Shown in pieces: positions 21,049 to 31,831 of a stretch of 64,000 bases of DNA. Below the pieces are notes generated by a model that saw only the letters and a list, made by a program, of their open reading frames with translations, ran no database searches and was not told where the DNA came from. The stretch's first letter is position 1; each line of letters starts with the position of its first letter. Origin of the DNA: an uncultured Gemmatimonadales bacterium (GTDB lineage Bacteria; Gemmatimonadota; Gemmatimonadetes; Gemmatimonadales; Gemmatimonadaceae); NCBI GenBank assembly GCA_963707505.1, contig CAVPQB010000006.1:1-64000 (forward strand). The letters run 5' to 3'. A program made the translations under genes and the position numbers.

Positions 21049-22382
21049 CTACTTGATACCGACATTGATCGTCTGCGTGAACTTACGCTCGCCATGGCCA
21101 GTAAAGATCTGGCGTGGACGGGCGATCTTCTGCTCCTTGTCGAGCAGCATCTCCTCCCACTGCGACAGCCACCCCGCCATGCGCGCGATCGCGAACAGCA
21201 CGGTGAAGAATTCCGTCGGGAAGCCCATCGAGCGATAGATGAGGCCCGTGTAGAAGTCGACGTTCGGATACAGCTTGCGCGACACGAAGTAATCGTCCTG
21301 AAGAGCGATGCGCTCCAGCTCCAGCGCGATCTCGAGGCCGCGATCGACGCCGGTGATCTTGAACACGCTCGTCCGCGAGCTGCTTCACGATCTTGGCGCG
21401 CGGATCGTAGCTCTTGTACACGCGGTGGCCAAAGCCCATCAGCTGGCCGCTTGCCGCTCTTCACGGTCTCGATGAATGTCGGCACGTTCTGGATGGTGCC
21501 GATCTCCTCGATCATGCGCAGCACCTGCTCGTTCGCGCCGCCATGCAGCGGGCCGAACAGCGCCGCGACGCCGGCGGACATCGCCGAGAACGGATCGACG
21601 TGCGACGATCCCACGACGCGCACCGCGCTGGTCGAGCAGTTCTGCTCGTGGTCCGCGTGCAGGATGAACAGAATCTCCAGAGCGCGAGCGAAGGTCGGAT
21701 TCGCCTCGTAGCGCGGCTCGGTCATGCGGTTGATCATCGAGAGGAAGTTCTCGACGTACGACAGCGAGTTGTCGGGATATACGACCGGCAGACCCTTTGA
21801 GTGACGATACGAAAACGCCGCGATCGTCGGCGTCTTTGCCAGCAGCCGGATCACGGCGATGTTGCGCTGCTCTGGATCGAAGATGTTGCGCGCTTCAGGA
21901 TAGAAGGACGACAGCGCCGCGACGGAGCTCTGGAGCATCGACATCGGGTGCGCGTCGTACCGGAAGCCCTGCAGGAAGTTGCGGATGTTCTCGTGCACGT
22001 ACGTGTGGTACGTGATGTCGTGCACGAATCCATCGTACTCCTTCTGATTCGGAAGCTCTCCGTGACGCAGCAGCCACGCTACCTCCAGGAACGACGCCTT
22101 CTCGGCAAGCTGCTCGATAGGGTATCCGCGATAGCGCAGGATTCCCTTGTCGCCGTCGATGTAGGTGATCGAGCTGCGACACGAGGCGGTGTTCATGAAC
22201 GCCGGATCGTACGACAGCAGACCAACGTCGTCAGGATCGGCGGTCTTTACCTGTCTCAGATCGGCGGCTCTGATCGCGCCGTCCTTGATCGAAAGGTCGT
22301 AGTTCTTGTTGGTCCGCTTGTCGGTGATCGATAGATCGCCAGCGGTCTTGTCTGTGGACTGAGTGTTTCCGGGTGTGGTCAT
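21049..22382 (-). CDS. gltA: Citrate synthase; frameshifts near the 3' end
   Basis: [40 protein letters not shown]. Confidence 0.95.
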
Positions 22383-22624
22383 CTCGGATGAGCCGTTCTT
22401 GGTAGGGGTTTCGATGCGAAATCTAGCGGGTGCGGTCGGCATCTAAAACGCCGGAAGCCAAATGGCAGACCGGCAGCGATGGCAAATCGGCCGCAGACGC
22501 GGCGATCGAACAAGCACGCCCGTAGCACATATTTATGGACGAGTTTATCGCGACGGGGTCTTCCGGGCCGCTCCCTCGCTGACATCGCTGGAAGATCACA
22601 TACACGATTCCAGGAATAGCAAGA

Positions 22625-23275
22625 ATGTTTCTCGGGCATTACGGCATTGCGTTCGGATCCAAGCGAGTCGTACCAGATACGTCGCTGGGGACACTCACAT
22701 TCGCGGCTCAGTTTCTCGATGAGCTGTGGCCAATCCTTCTACTGTTCGGAGTCGAGCAGGTGCGTATCGCGCCAGGCTCGACATCGGGCAATCCGCTGGT
22801 GTTCACGTCGTATCCGTTCTCGCACAGCCTGGCGATGGCCGTGTTGTGGGGGGCGATCATCGGCGCAATCCATTATACCTTGCGCCGGAATCGTCGCAGC
22901 GCCTGTGTCATTGCACTCCTGGTGATCAGCCACTGGCTACTCGACTTTCCTGTACACATGGCAGATCTGCCACTGTGGCCGGGAGGGGGCCCGCGCGTCG
23001 GGCTGGGCCTGTGGAGCTCGATTCCTGCAACTTTGGTCCTCGAGCTCGGATTATTCGGCGGCGGTCTCCTGCTTTACATTCGGCAGACGCGCACGCGCGA
23101 CCGCGTTGGCACCTGGGGTCTGTGGTCGATGGTGTTGGTGCTACTACTCGTATTCGTGAGCGGATACGTAACCCCGCCACCGCCCAATCCTCGTGCAGTG
23201 GCGTGGATGGCGCTCGCACTCTGGCTGTTCGTGCCATGGAGCTACTGGGTGGATCGGCATCGCGAGCGAATCTGA
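22625..23275 (+). CDS. Membrane-bound metal-dependent hydrolase-like protein
   Basis: MFLGH, FSHSL, SHWLLD motifs. Confidence 0.75.
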   Translation: MFLGHYGIAFGSKRVVPDTSLGTLTFAAQFLDELWPILLLFGVEQVRIAPGSTSGNPLVFTSYPFSHSLAMAVLWGAIIGAIHYTLRRNRRSACVIALLVISHWLLDFPVHMADLPLWPGGGPRVGLGLWSSIPATLVLELGLFGGGLLLYIRQTRTRDRVGTWGLWSMVLVLLLVFVSGYVTPPPPNPRAVAWMALALWLFVPWSYWVDRHRERI

Positions 23276-23293
23276 GCTCGCGAGGCCCCTGAA

Positions 23294-23815
23294 TTACTTG
23301 TGTCCCGTACTGCCGAATCCACCGTCACGATTCGTCGTCTGCCGTACATCTCCGTCTTCGAATTCGAGCACCTCGTATCTGGCGATCACCATCTGCGCGA
23401 TGCGCTCGCCATGCGTGATGACGATGGGCTCCGCACCATCGTTTCTAACGAGCACGCCCCACTCACCGTTGTAGTCGGGATCGATCGTGCCCGGCGAGTT
23501 CGCGATCGCGAGTGATGTCTTGAAGCTGGTGCCGCTCCGTGGGCGGATCTGCGCCTCGTAACCCGGTGGCAGCGACGCGCGAAAACCGAGCGGGATTATC
23601 GCACGCTCGCCCGGTAGCAGCTGTAGCGATGCACCATCAGCATTGGATTTCGGCACACCCTCGTACTGGCGGCCGCCGAGGCTCAACTTTACGGTCGGAT
23701 CCCCAAGCAGAAATGCCTTGAGATCGTAACCAGCACTGTGCGCGGTGGCGCGGACCGGAAATTCGACCCCGTCCCGGAGTCGTTCGAAACGGATGCTCTT
23801 GCGCTCTGAATCCAT
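23294..23815 (-). CDS. dut: dUTP diphosphatase
   Basis: [32 protein letters not shown]. Confidence 0.95.
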   Translation of the reverse strand: MDSERKSIRFERLRDGVEFPVRATAHSAGYDLKAFLLGDPTVKLSLGGRQYEGVPKSNADGASLQLLPGERAIIPLGFRASLPPGYEAQIRPRSGTSFKTSLAIANSPGTIDPDYNGEWGVLVRNDGAEPIVITHGERIAQMVIARYEVLEFEDGDVRQTTNRDGGFGSTGHK

Positions 23816-23883
23816 GCGGCCAATCTAGCCAGTCGTCCCGGCCAGCCGTCGCGCACAGGCGCGGAAGCTGTATTTTCAAACTC

Positions 23884-25848
23884 ATGAACGAGATTGACGC
23901 GCTCCTCACCGAAGAGCGGAAATTTCCGCCGCCACCACAATTCGCCGCCAACGCCGTGGTCAACGATCCGGCGATCTACGACGAAGCCGCTCGTGATCCG
24001 GAAGCATACTGGGCACGTGAAGCCGCTCGCCTCGACTGGATCCAGCCATGGACGCAGGTTCTCGACTGGACGCCGCCGCACTTCAAATGGTTCGTTGGCG
24101 GCAAGCTCAACGCCGCCGCGAATTGCGTCGACCGGCACGCGCACGGCGCGAGACGCGACAAGCCAGCGCTCATATGGGAAGGCGAGCCGGGCGATAAGCG
24201 AACCATTACGTACGGCGAGCTGTACGGCGAGGTGACGCGATTCGCGAACGTCCTCAAATCACTCGGGGTGACCAGGGGCGATCGCGTGGCGATATACATG
24301 CCGCTCATCCCCGAGACGGCGGTGGCGATGCTCGCGTGTGCACGCATCGGCGCGATTCACTCGGTGGTGTTCGGTGGATTCTCACCCGATTCGCTACGCG
24401 ATAGAATCATCGATGCGAAGGCCAAGGTGCTCATCACCGCCGACGGTGGTTATCGCCGCGGAGGCATCGTCGCGCTCAAGGCCAATGCTGATAAAGCCTT
24501 GACCGAGACTCCATCGATCGAGCACGTCGTGGTCGTGCAGCGCAATCACGGAACATCGAGCGAACAGATCTCCTGCTCCATGCAGCAGCCGCGCGATCTC
24601 TGGTGGCACGAGCTGATGGAAAAGGCGCCCGAAGGCGGCGATCCGGTTCCGATGGACGCGGAGGACATTCTGTACATCCTCTACACGTCGGGAACTACCG
24701 GGAATCCCAAGGGGGTCGTGCACACCACCGGCGGTTACATGACTGCGGTGACGAGCACGACGCGCAACGTCTTCGATCTGCGCGAGGACGACGTATTCTG
24801 GTGCACCGCCGATGTGGGCTGGGTGACCGGCCACTCCTATCTCGTGTACGGCCCGCTCTCCAACGGCGCGACGTGCGTCATGTACGAGGGCGCCCCCGAC
24901 TGGCCCGACAAGGACCGCTTCTGGGCCCTGATCGCGAAACACAAGATCACGATCCTCTACACGGCGCCGACCGCGATCCGCGCCTTCATGAAATGGGGCG
25001 ACCAGTACCCCGCGCGCCACGATCTCTCCTCGCTCAGGCTGCTTGGCTCCGTGGGCGAGCCGATCAATCCGGAAGCCTGGATGTGGTATTCCAGGCACAT
25101 CGGCCACGACAAATGCCCCATCGTCGATACCTGGTGGCAGACCGAGACAGGCTCGATCGTCATCTCGCCGCTGCCGGGCATCACCTCTACCAAGCCCGGC
25201 AGTGCCACATCCCCGCTCCCGGGTTGCAGCGCCGATCTGCTCGATTCGAACGGTCGTTCGATAGCCGTCGGGGGCGGCCTTCTGGCCCTGACTCGACCGA
25301 TTCCGTCCATGCTCCGCACAGTCTGGGGCGACGACGAGCGGTATCAGAAGACGTATTTCTCCAAATGGCCCGGCCGGCCGGATCTGTACTTTCCGGGGGA
25401 TGGTGCCAAGCGCGACGACGACGGCTATTACTGGATCCTGGGACGCGTGGACGACGTCCTCAACGTCGCCGGCCACCGCATCGGGACCATGGAAGTCGAG
25501 TCGGCCCTCGTCGAGCATCCGGCTGTGGCCGAAGCCGCGGTGGTTGGCAAGTCGCACGAGCTCAAGGGTCAGGCGCTGGCAGCGTTCGTGACAGTTCGCG
25601 CGAGCCACCAGTCATCGCCGGAACTGGCCACCGAGCTCAAGCAATTCGTGGCCGATAAGATCGGCGCCATAGCGCGGCCGGACGACATAATCTTCGCCGC
25701 CGATCTTCCCAAGACCCGATCCGGCAAGATCATGCGCCGTTTATTGCGTGATATCGCCGAAGGTCGCGCGTTGGGCGACACCACGACGCTTGCCGATGCG
25801 GCAGTCGTCGAGGGCCTCAAGCAGCAGTACGAATCACTGGAGCCATGA
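23884..25848 (+). CDS. acs: Acetyl-CoA synthetase
   Basis: [31 protein letters not shown]. Confidence 0.97.
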   Translation: MNEIDALLTEERKFPPPPQFAANAVVNDPAIYDEAARDPEAYWAREAARLDWIQPWTQVLDWTPPHFKWFVGGKLNAAANCVDRHAHGARRDKPALIWEGEPGDKRTITYGELYGEVTRFANVLKSLGVTRGDRVAIYMPLIPETAVAMLACARIGAIHSVVFGGFSPDSLRDRIIDAKAKVLITADGGYRRGGIVALKANADKALTETPSIEHVVVVQRNHGTSSEQISCSMQQPRDLWWHELMEKAPEGGDPVPMDAEDILYILYTSGTTGNPKGVVHTTGGYMTAVTSTTRNVFDLREDDVFWCTADVGWVTGHSYLVYGPLSNGATCVMYEGAPDWPDKDRFWALIAKHKITILYTAPTAIRAFMKWGDQYPARHDLSSLRLLGSVGEPINPEAWMWYSRHIGHDKCPIVDTWWQTETGSIVISPLPGITSTKPGSATSPLPGCSADLLDSNGRSIAVGGGLLALTRPIPSMLRTVWGDDERYQKTYFSKWPGRPDLYFPGDGAKRDDDGYYWILGRVDDVLNVAGHRIGTMEVESALVEHPAVAEAAVVGKSHELKGQALAAFVTVRASHQSSPELATELKQFVADKIGAIARPDDIIFAADLPKTRSGKIMRRLLRDIAEGRALGDTTTLADAAVVEGLKQQYESLEP

Positions 25849-26222
25849 TCTTTCGATCGCTATTTCCCGAAGCACTCTTTGGCCGCCGGCTGCATCCCAA
25901 CGCAGAGCGACGTCTGCGGCTGGCACAGGCCCGCGCGGACGAGACCATAATTCGCGCCCACGTCGACAACGCGCTCATGTTCGTGGACACGCTGGCGGAG
26001 GACCTGTCGTTCGATCGCGCCATTGACACGTACATCCGCGTGATGGCGATCCCCGAGCCGCTGGCGAGCGCGGTTGCAACGCGCGCACTCGTAACTCTTG
26101 GACGCGATCTGGTTCCGTTCCGCCGTCGCGCACGCGAGGAAGGAGAGGAAGACGTGGAGGTGAAGCCGCGTGTCCGTCTGGACGACGCGGCTGCACGACA
26201 ACGCTCCATACGACGCGTGTAG
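25845..26222 (+). CDS. Hypothetical protein, translationally coupled to acs
   Basis: ATGA overlap with the acs stop; plausible helical protein. Confidence 0.7.
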   Translation: MIFRSLFPEALFGRRLHPNAERRLRLAQARADETIIRAHVDNALMFVDTLAEDLSFDRAIDTYIRVMAIPEPLASAVATRALVTLGRDLVPFRRRAREEGEEDVEVKPRVRLDDAAARQRSIRRV

Positions 26223-26255
26223 CTAAAAAGTAGCTACAAACCAGCTACGTCTTGA

Positions 26256-26690
26256 CTACCTGGTGGGCTGAACTCGATTCCCCATCACGACGTCGGCGAT
26301 ACTCACGATGAAGATCGCCGTCACGATCACCGCCGACGTCACGCAGTACTTGCAGATCGCGTCGATCACGTACAGCTCGAGATACGTGAGCCACGCCGAG
26401 AACGCGACGCCAACGAACGACATCGCAGCGAGCAGGTAGGCTATTTCGCGACGGTCAACCCACGACGGCGACGTTCCGACCAGCGCCACGACGAAAGTCG
26501 CGATGTAGAACGCCAGTCCCCACGCAGCGACCGGCGCTCCGGCGAATATCGCCCACTTGCTCGTATTGACGCGCTCGCATCCGCCCAGTCCGCATGCGAG
26601 ATGTCCTATCGCACCCATCTTGTACAGCGTGAGATACAGCGCCACGAACGCGCCGATCAGCGCGAGCGCGGCAATTATCATGCGTCGCAT
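26256..26690 (-). CDS. Vitamin K epoxide reductase (VKOR) family protein
   Basis: CGLGGCERV loop cysteines; CKYC active site; 4 hydrophobic helices. Confidence 0.92.
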   Translation of the reverse strand: MRRMIIAALALIGAFVALYLTLYKMGAIGHLACGLGGCERVNTSKWAIFAGAPVAAWGLAFYIATFVVALVGTSPSWVDRREIAYLLAAMSFVGVAFSAWLTYLELYVIDAICKYCVTSAVIVTAIFIVSIADVVMGNRVQPTR

Positions 26691-26700
26691 GTCGCCAGCT

Positions 26701-27618
26701 CTACTTGGAAGACGCTGGCTTTGCTGCTGGCTTTGCTGCTGGCTTTGCTGCGGGGTTTACCGCCGACGTTCCTGCGGACGTCGTTGCAGGTGTCGTTACG
26801 GGTGTCGTTGCTGGGGTTGTTGCAGATGGTGTTGCCGGGGTTGTTGCCGGAGCTGACTTTTTCGCTGCCGCTGCCTCGTCTACCGCTTTCTTCATCACAT
26901 CGTACGGAATCGAGCCGGCGAACATCTTTCCGTTGATGAAGAACGTCGGTGTCTGATTCACGTTGCGGCGGAAACCTTCAGCTGCATTCGCGTTGACGCG
27001 AGCCTGCTCCTTCTTGCTGTCGTAACATTGCCCGAAGTCCGATGTATTGAGCCCGACCGCCTTCGCGTATCCCATGAAGACAGACTTCGGATTGTCGGTA
27101 ACCTGCGTCGCGCCGTCCGGATTGAGCCCCCATGCATCCTGGCCGGCAAATAGCTGATCGTGCATCTCCCAGAACTTGCCCTGATCCGCCGCGCACGCGG
27201 CCGCATTCGATGCGGACTGCGTGTTGTGGTGCATCGGCAGCGGGAAATCGTAGTACTTGTAATACGCGAGATGGGTGTCGATGATCATCTTGCGCACGTC
27301 CGGCTCCGTAACCGTTGCATACGATCCGCACACCGGGCATTCGAAGTCGGCGAACTCCTCGATCACGACTGGCGCGGTGCTGTCGCCCATCACGTACGGC
27401 CTGGGCGGACCGGCCTTCGCGTAATCTCGCTGCATGGCGGCATATGCGGCCTGCGCTTCCGCGCCGCTATCAGCCGACGGCGGACTGGCCTTGAGGTAGA
27501 GGATCGCGGCAATGCCGACGACCACTATTGCGACGAGGATTCCGTAGAATGCCCCGCGATTGGACGACGGCTTTGCTGCCGCGCTTTTTGCGTTCCTGGG
27601 AGGATTATTATTCGCCAT
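26701..27618 (-). CDS. DsbA-like thioredoxin-fold protein with low-complexity tail
   Basis: N-terminal TM, DFECPVC, DFPL, QGKFWEMHD, TPTFFING. Confidence 0.9.
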   Translation of the reverse strand: MANNNPPRNAKSAAAKPSSNRGAFYGILVAIVVVGIAAILYLKASPPSADSGAEAQAAYAAMQRDYAKAGPPRPYVMGDSTAPVVIEEFADFECPVCGSYATVTEPDVRKMIIDTHLAYYKYYDFPLPMHHNTQSASNAAACAADQGKFWEMHDQLFAGQDAWGLNPDGATQVTDNPKSVFMGYAKAVGLNTSDFGQCYDSKKEQARVNANAAEGFRRNVNQTPTFFINGKMFAGSIPYDVMKKAVDEAAAAKKSAPATTPATPSATTPATTPVTTPATTSAGTSAVNPAAKPAAKPAAKPASSK

Positions 27619-27637
27619 CCCGTGAATTTATCTCCAG

Positions 27638-28513
27638 ATGCAAGCTGACGTCTTACGCGTGCCGGTGGGCCCCGGCGCGGTGCACGTGGAGCGATACGGC
27701 CACGGCGGCGTGCCGATAGTCCTGCTGCACGGCTTCGGCACATGCACCTTCCTGTGGCGTTACGTGGCGCCGATCCTGGCCGAGGCGGGCCATACGGCCT
27801 ACGCCATCGACCTGTTCGGCTACGGCGAATCGGACCGCACTCCAGACGCGGATTTCGGGATCTCGGCGCAGGCGGAATATCTCGACGCGGCCATGACCGC
27901 CCTGCGCCTCGCCCGCGCGACCATCGTCGGCGTCGACCTGGGCGGCGACGTGGCACTCCGGTTGGCAGCCACACGCGCGGATCGCGTCGCCAAGCTCGTG
28001 CTGGTCAACGTTCCAGCGTACGACGAGCTGCCGGCGCGCGACATCGGCGTGATGCAGCGGAGCACGGCCAGATTCGCCTTCAAGGTGACGCGCGGAGTGC
28101 TGGGCGCCAACACATTGCTCCAGCCGCTGCTCCAGGGAAGCGTCGCGCTGCCGGAGCACATGCCCACCCGGCTTCTGGCCAGATATCTGGCCCCGTTCGC
28201 CGGCCGCGATGGAGTGAGCCACCTGCTCACACTCGGCGCCGCGATCCGGCGCTCGGACATCGAGGATCTGGATCTTTCGGACGTGAGGGCGCCGACGCTC
28301 ATAATTCGCGGCGATCACGACGAGTGGCTGAGCCGCGACGTCGCAAACCGGCTCGCAGCCGACATTCCGCGCGCGGCGTTGCACCGCATGGCCGGAGTGG
28401 GACGACTGATCCCTGAAGAAAGTCCGGACAATCTGGCTGAACAGTTGCTCCAATTCATCGGATCCGCGGATGCGCTTGCAGATTCTCGATCGAGTGCATC
28501 CACTATTAAATGA
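27638..28513 (+). CDS. Alpha/beta fold hydrolase
   Basis: LLHGFG, IDLFGYGESD, GVDLGG. Confidence 0.85.
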   Translation: MQADVLRVPVGPGAVHVERYGHGGVPIVLLHGFGTCTFLWRYVAPILAEAGHTAYAIDLFGYGESDRTPDADFGISAQAEYLDAAMTALRLARATIVGVDLGGDVALRLAATRADRVAKLVLVNVPAYDELPARDIGVMQRSTARFAFKVTRGVLGANTLLQPLLQGSVALPEHMPTRLLARYLAPFAGRDGVSHLLTLGAAIRRSDIEDLDLSDVRAPTLIIRGDHDEWLSRDVANRLAADIPRAALHRMAGVGRLIPEESPDNLAEQLLQFIGSADALADSRSSASTIK

Positions 28514-28571
28514 CCGACGGATTAGTTAAATTACAGTGTTGTAGCAGGGCGACTTTTCTTAACCGGGTTTA

Positions 28572-28844
28572 ATGGCCAAGAAGCAGAATTCACCGAGATA
28601 CCAGGCGCACTCGGCGCCAACGAGTCAGAAGTCACCGTTGGACGAGGCGCGTGACGAGCTATTTCAGCACATCATGCGGTGCGGCGTCATTGGCGCCGAA
28701 CAGGAGCATCAGCAGGAGTGGTTCGACGCGACGATTGCGTACTTCGCTGAGCGGTATCCAGAGCTTACAAAGCTCGAGCTTACACAGCTCCGCACGTTGG
28801 GCGAGCGGTTCGCTCAGCCGCTGAAGACGAAACAAGCTGTTTGA
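28572..28844 (+). CDS. Small hypothetical protein
   Basis: 90-aa ORF with AT-rich upstream region and its own terminator. Confidence 0.75.
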   Translation: MAKKQNSPRYQAHSAPTSQKSPLDEARDELFQHIMRCGVIGAEQEHQQEWFDATIAYFAERYPELTKLELTQLRTLGERFAQPLKTKQAV

Positions 28845-28846
28845 CG

Positions 28847-28877
28847 AACGGGCGCCATTGGCGCCCGTTGTGTTTTT
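28847..28877 (+). terminator. Rho-independent terminator
   Basis: AACGGGCGCCA/TGGCGCCCGTT followed by GTGTTTTT. Confidence 0.75.
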
Positions 28878-28931
28878 CAGTCATGTAGCGAGCGCGAAAT
28901 CACGCTCGCTACTCGTCCGTCAGTTGAAGCG

Positions 28932-29513
28932 TTAGTGATGCGCGGGCTTGCCCGTGAATCGCATCGTGACGCCGAGTCGTACGCCGCCGCCGAATCCGAG
29001 CTCGACACCGGGAGCGATGCTGCCGGTGCTGGGCCCGTTTGCGCCGATGAAGCCGAGCAGATAGGTACGCGTGCCTGGCCCACCGCCATCGCCGCGCACC
29101 GTAACGCCACCGCCGACGTATGGCTCCCACTCGTATTGGTGATACGGATCGAGCGAGAACTGGCCATACGCGTCACCGCGGCCACTGAAGCCCGTCGAGC
29201 TGATGCCAGCCCCGACAGTCCCGCCGATGCTGAAGTAATTGCTGAATGGGAACGCGATTCCTGCGCCCGCCTGGAGAGCCGTGGGATTACCGCCCAGCAC
29301 GTCCAGTCGCAATGACGGAATGTAGGAGACCGCAACCGCGACCTGCTGAGTCTGGGCCGATGCGAGGCGAGGCGCGACAGCGGATGCGGAGAGAATTATT
29401 ACGCCTGAGAAAACCGCTTGCCGCAGCGCTGGCGCCAAGCGGCGGCAACGGCTCGCCAAACCGGTTTTGTTGGACGCTCTTGGTGCGGCGACGACGGCCG
29501 CGCGGTGAATCAT
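28932..29513 (-). CDS. Hypothetical outer-membrane beta-barrel-like protein
   Basis: C-terminal part of ORF 28932..30497; signal-like segment then Gly-rich alternating beta strands; start uncertain. Confidence 0.55.
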   Translation of the reverse strand: MIHRAAVVAAPRASNKTGLASRCRRLAPALRQAVFSGVIILSASAVAPRLASAQTQQVAVAVSYIPSLRLDVLGGNPTALQAGAGIAFPFSNYFSIGGTVGAGISSTGFSGRGDAYGQFSLDPYHQYEWEPYVGGGVTVRGDGGGPGTRTYLLGFIGANGPSTGSIAPGVELGFGGGVRLGVTMRFTGKPAHH

Positions 29514-29617
29514 CACTATTGAAGTTCCTCTTGCGTTGACGGTGTGACGGCGAGAGCTGATTGCTCGTGACGGATTCGTGCAGGCTCCTGCGCAGGCTGT
29601 GCAGCTTGTGCAGGCTT

Positions 29618-30154
29618 TCATGCAGGCGACCGAACACGCGCGCGCCACAGTGCCAATGTATAATCGAAAATCGACATGGCCGACAGGATTGCAATGGCGA
29701 TGATCAACCAGGATGTAGCCGATGGCTGCAGTAGCACCGCCATCAGCGTCGCGAGTTGGAGCACCGTCACCGCCTTGCCGAGCAGGCGCGCACGAAATGT
29801 TACAGGCCGTAGCCACGGAATGATCCGCGCGACGATAAATCCAACCGCTGTCGCGATGTCCCGCGAGATGAAGATGAAGTACTGGCCCGTGGTGAGCAGC
29901 CCATTGAACAGGTATGCGGAAACAGCGGCCAGGACGAACAGCCGGTCGGCAATGGGATCGAGCAGCGCGCCGACCACGCTGCGCTGGTCGGAAAGTCGCG
30001 CAACGAGACCATCGAGGAAGTCCGTCAGCGCCGCGACGGCGACGAGAATGATCCTGGTGGGAGTATCGTTTACGAGCACGAAGGCGACCGCAAGCACCAC
30101 GCGCGACGACGAGATCACATTCGGTACGTTCCACAACCGCGTGCTCCGGTTCAT
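29618..30154 (-). CDS. CDP-alcohol phosphatidyltransferase family protein
   Basis: PNVIS, DFLDGLVAR...GALLDPIADR. Confidence 0.92.
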   Translation of the reverse strand: MNRSTRLWNVPNVISSSRVVLAVAFVLVNDTPTRIILVAVAALTDFLDGLVARLSDQRSVVGALLDPIADRLFVLAAVSAYLFNGLLTTGQYFIFISRDIATAVGFIVARIIPWLRPVTFRARLLGKAVTVLQLATLMAVLLQPSATSWLIIAIAILSAMSIFDYTLALWRARVRSPA

Positions 30155-30196
30155 GGCGAATTATATCGGGCTGGGTGGAGTGTAGTGAATTGGATT

Positions 30197-30221
30197 GTCG
30201 TTCCCCCGAAAGCGGGAATGA
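30197..30221. repeat. Degenerate REP-like palindrome
   Basis: GTCGTTCCCCCGAAAGCGGGAATGA. Confidence 0.55.
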
Positions 30222-30281
30222 GGACGCCGCTACCCCCCAGCCTGGTTGCCAGCGTCCAGTCCACTCCCTAGCTTCGGCGCG

Positions 30282-31814
30282 ATGCTCTCGACGTACCGCG
30301 TGCTTCTGACAGGTTATTTCGGGCTCGGCGCCGCGATGATTCTCTGGAACATCGCCGCGGCCACTCTGATCCTTCGCGGTCGCCGGTCGCCATCCGTTTC
30401 TACCCTCGCGACAGGCCTCGCTGCATTGCTCCTCGTGCCCGGCCTCGTCGTCTCGGTCTCCGACGCGTCGCTGGTGTATGGACGCGCGATTCAACACGTG
30501 GCGTGGCTCTGGCCCCTCGTGACGGTGTTGTTCGTGATCCAGGCCGTTGCCGCGCTCTCGCGAGGGCGCGTGGGATCGATGCTCGGCGTTCCGATAGTCG
30601 CATACGACCTGATGATCGCTATTGTCGCGATCGCGCGGTACATGAACTCGCTAGGACTCACCCCGCCGTATTTCTCACTGGTGCTCTCCGCCGCGCAATC
30701 GGATGCGCTTGGCGTGGTCGCCGGATCTGCCGCCCTCTCGCGCGCGACCTGGCTGCTGGTCCCCATGTTCTCGCCCGCCCTGCCATCGCGCTCGCGCGTA
30801 CGCGTGGTAATTCGCTACGCGCTGACGCTGGGCGCCAGCATTGCCACTGCACTCGTGCTGGTGGAGCTTCCGGGCGCCAGTGAGACGATAGGCAGCTACA
30901 GCCGCTATCAGCGCGACGTGCTCACCGCTCGCGGCGCCGGCGACTTTCAGTTCGGCCTCAAGGTATTCCCCGATCTGCGTGCCGCGCCGCCACCAATCGC
31001 GATCAGCAATGATTTTCAGCTCACCGACTCGCTCGGGATCGACGGGATCTCGATAGTCGTGGACCCCGAAGGTGCCCGGGGGAAGGCGCTCGATTCCCTG
31101 GTACACTCGCTGGACAACGTTCGCGACGACAGCACGGTGCTCATCGTGACGCTGGGTTATGCGCGCGGTGCGCGTGCGGCGCTGAACCGCTCGCCTTCCG
31201 CGTACATGGATGACCGGCTGGCCGACGTGAATCGTCTTGCGCGCGCGCTCCGGCCCAACATCATCGTGCCAGCGTACGAGCCCTATGGCGAAGGTGCGCG
31301 AGCACTGGGGGTGAGGACGCCGGACTACTGGATCGACTTCATCACCCGGTCTGCCGCGATCGCGCACCACGTCAATCCGAACATTCGCGTTGCAGTTGCG
31401 GCGGCGAGCTTCGGCGTGCGTGACAGTGTCGTGTATCGCTGGGCCGCCGCGCGTGGATCACCGGTCGACGTACTCGGATTCTCACTGATGCCCGGCTTCG
31501 ATGGTGCAACGTCGCTGGACACGCACATGCGTATCGCGCAGCGCTGGCTCCGCGCCACTCCTCGCCCCAAGCCGCACTGGATACTCGCTGCGGGCGGCTA
31601 TCCGGTCGCTCACGGCGAGCACAGTCAGGTCATGGCATTACGCGGAGTGCTCGCGTGGGCGACGTCACAGCCGGCAGTGCGCGGCGTCGTATTCACGGAC
31701 GCCGGAGATTACGACGCACAGCGCGGGCTTCGTGCTCCGGACGGCCGCTTTCGGCCGGCGCTCGCAGAGCTTGTGCGATCGATCGATGCGGAGCGCGAGT
31801 CGGCCAGTCAGTAG
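30282..31814 (+). CDS. Hypothetical membrane protein with C-terminal TIM-barrel/glycoside-hydrolase-like domain
   Basis: About 6 N-terminal hydrophobic helices, then alternating alpha/beta pattern with a YEP motif. Confidence 0.55.
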   Translation: MLSTYRVLLTGYFGLGAAMILWNIAAATLILRGRRSPSVSTLATGLAALLLVPGLVVSVSDASLVYGRAIQHVAWLWPLVTVLFVIQAVAALSRGRVGSMLGVPIVAYDLMIAIVAIARYMNSLGLTPPYFSLVLSAAQSDALGVVAGSAALSRATWLLVPMFSPALPSRSRVRVVIRYALTLGASIATALVLVELPGASETIGSYSRYQRDVLTARGAGDFQFGLKVFPDLRAAPPPIAISNDFQLTDSLGIDGISIVVDPEGARGKALDSLVHSLDNVRDDSTVLIVTLGYARGARAALNRSPSAYMDDRLADVNRLARALRPNIIVPAYEPYGEGARALGVRTPDYWIDFITRSAAIAHHVNPNIRVAVAAASFGVRDSVVYRWAAARGSPVDVLGFSLMPGFDGATSLDTHMRIAQRWLRATPRPKPHWILAAGGYPVAHGEHSQVMALRGVLAWATSQPAVRGVVFTDAGDYDAQRGLRAPDGRFRPALAELVRSIDAERESASQ

Positions 31815-31831
31815 ATGCAGTTGTTCCTGAA

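Noticed and set aside
4285..22382. Clustered frameshifts in the M14 peptidase, propeller protein, MFS, VWA and gltA genes as pseudogenisation or programmed recoding
   Set aside because: The indels are patchy, hit a core gene (gltA), and leave motifs intact without decay. This is most consistent with low-coverage long-read consensus error; read mapping would settle it.
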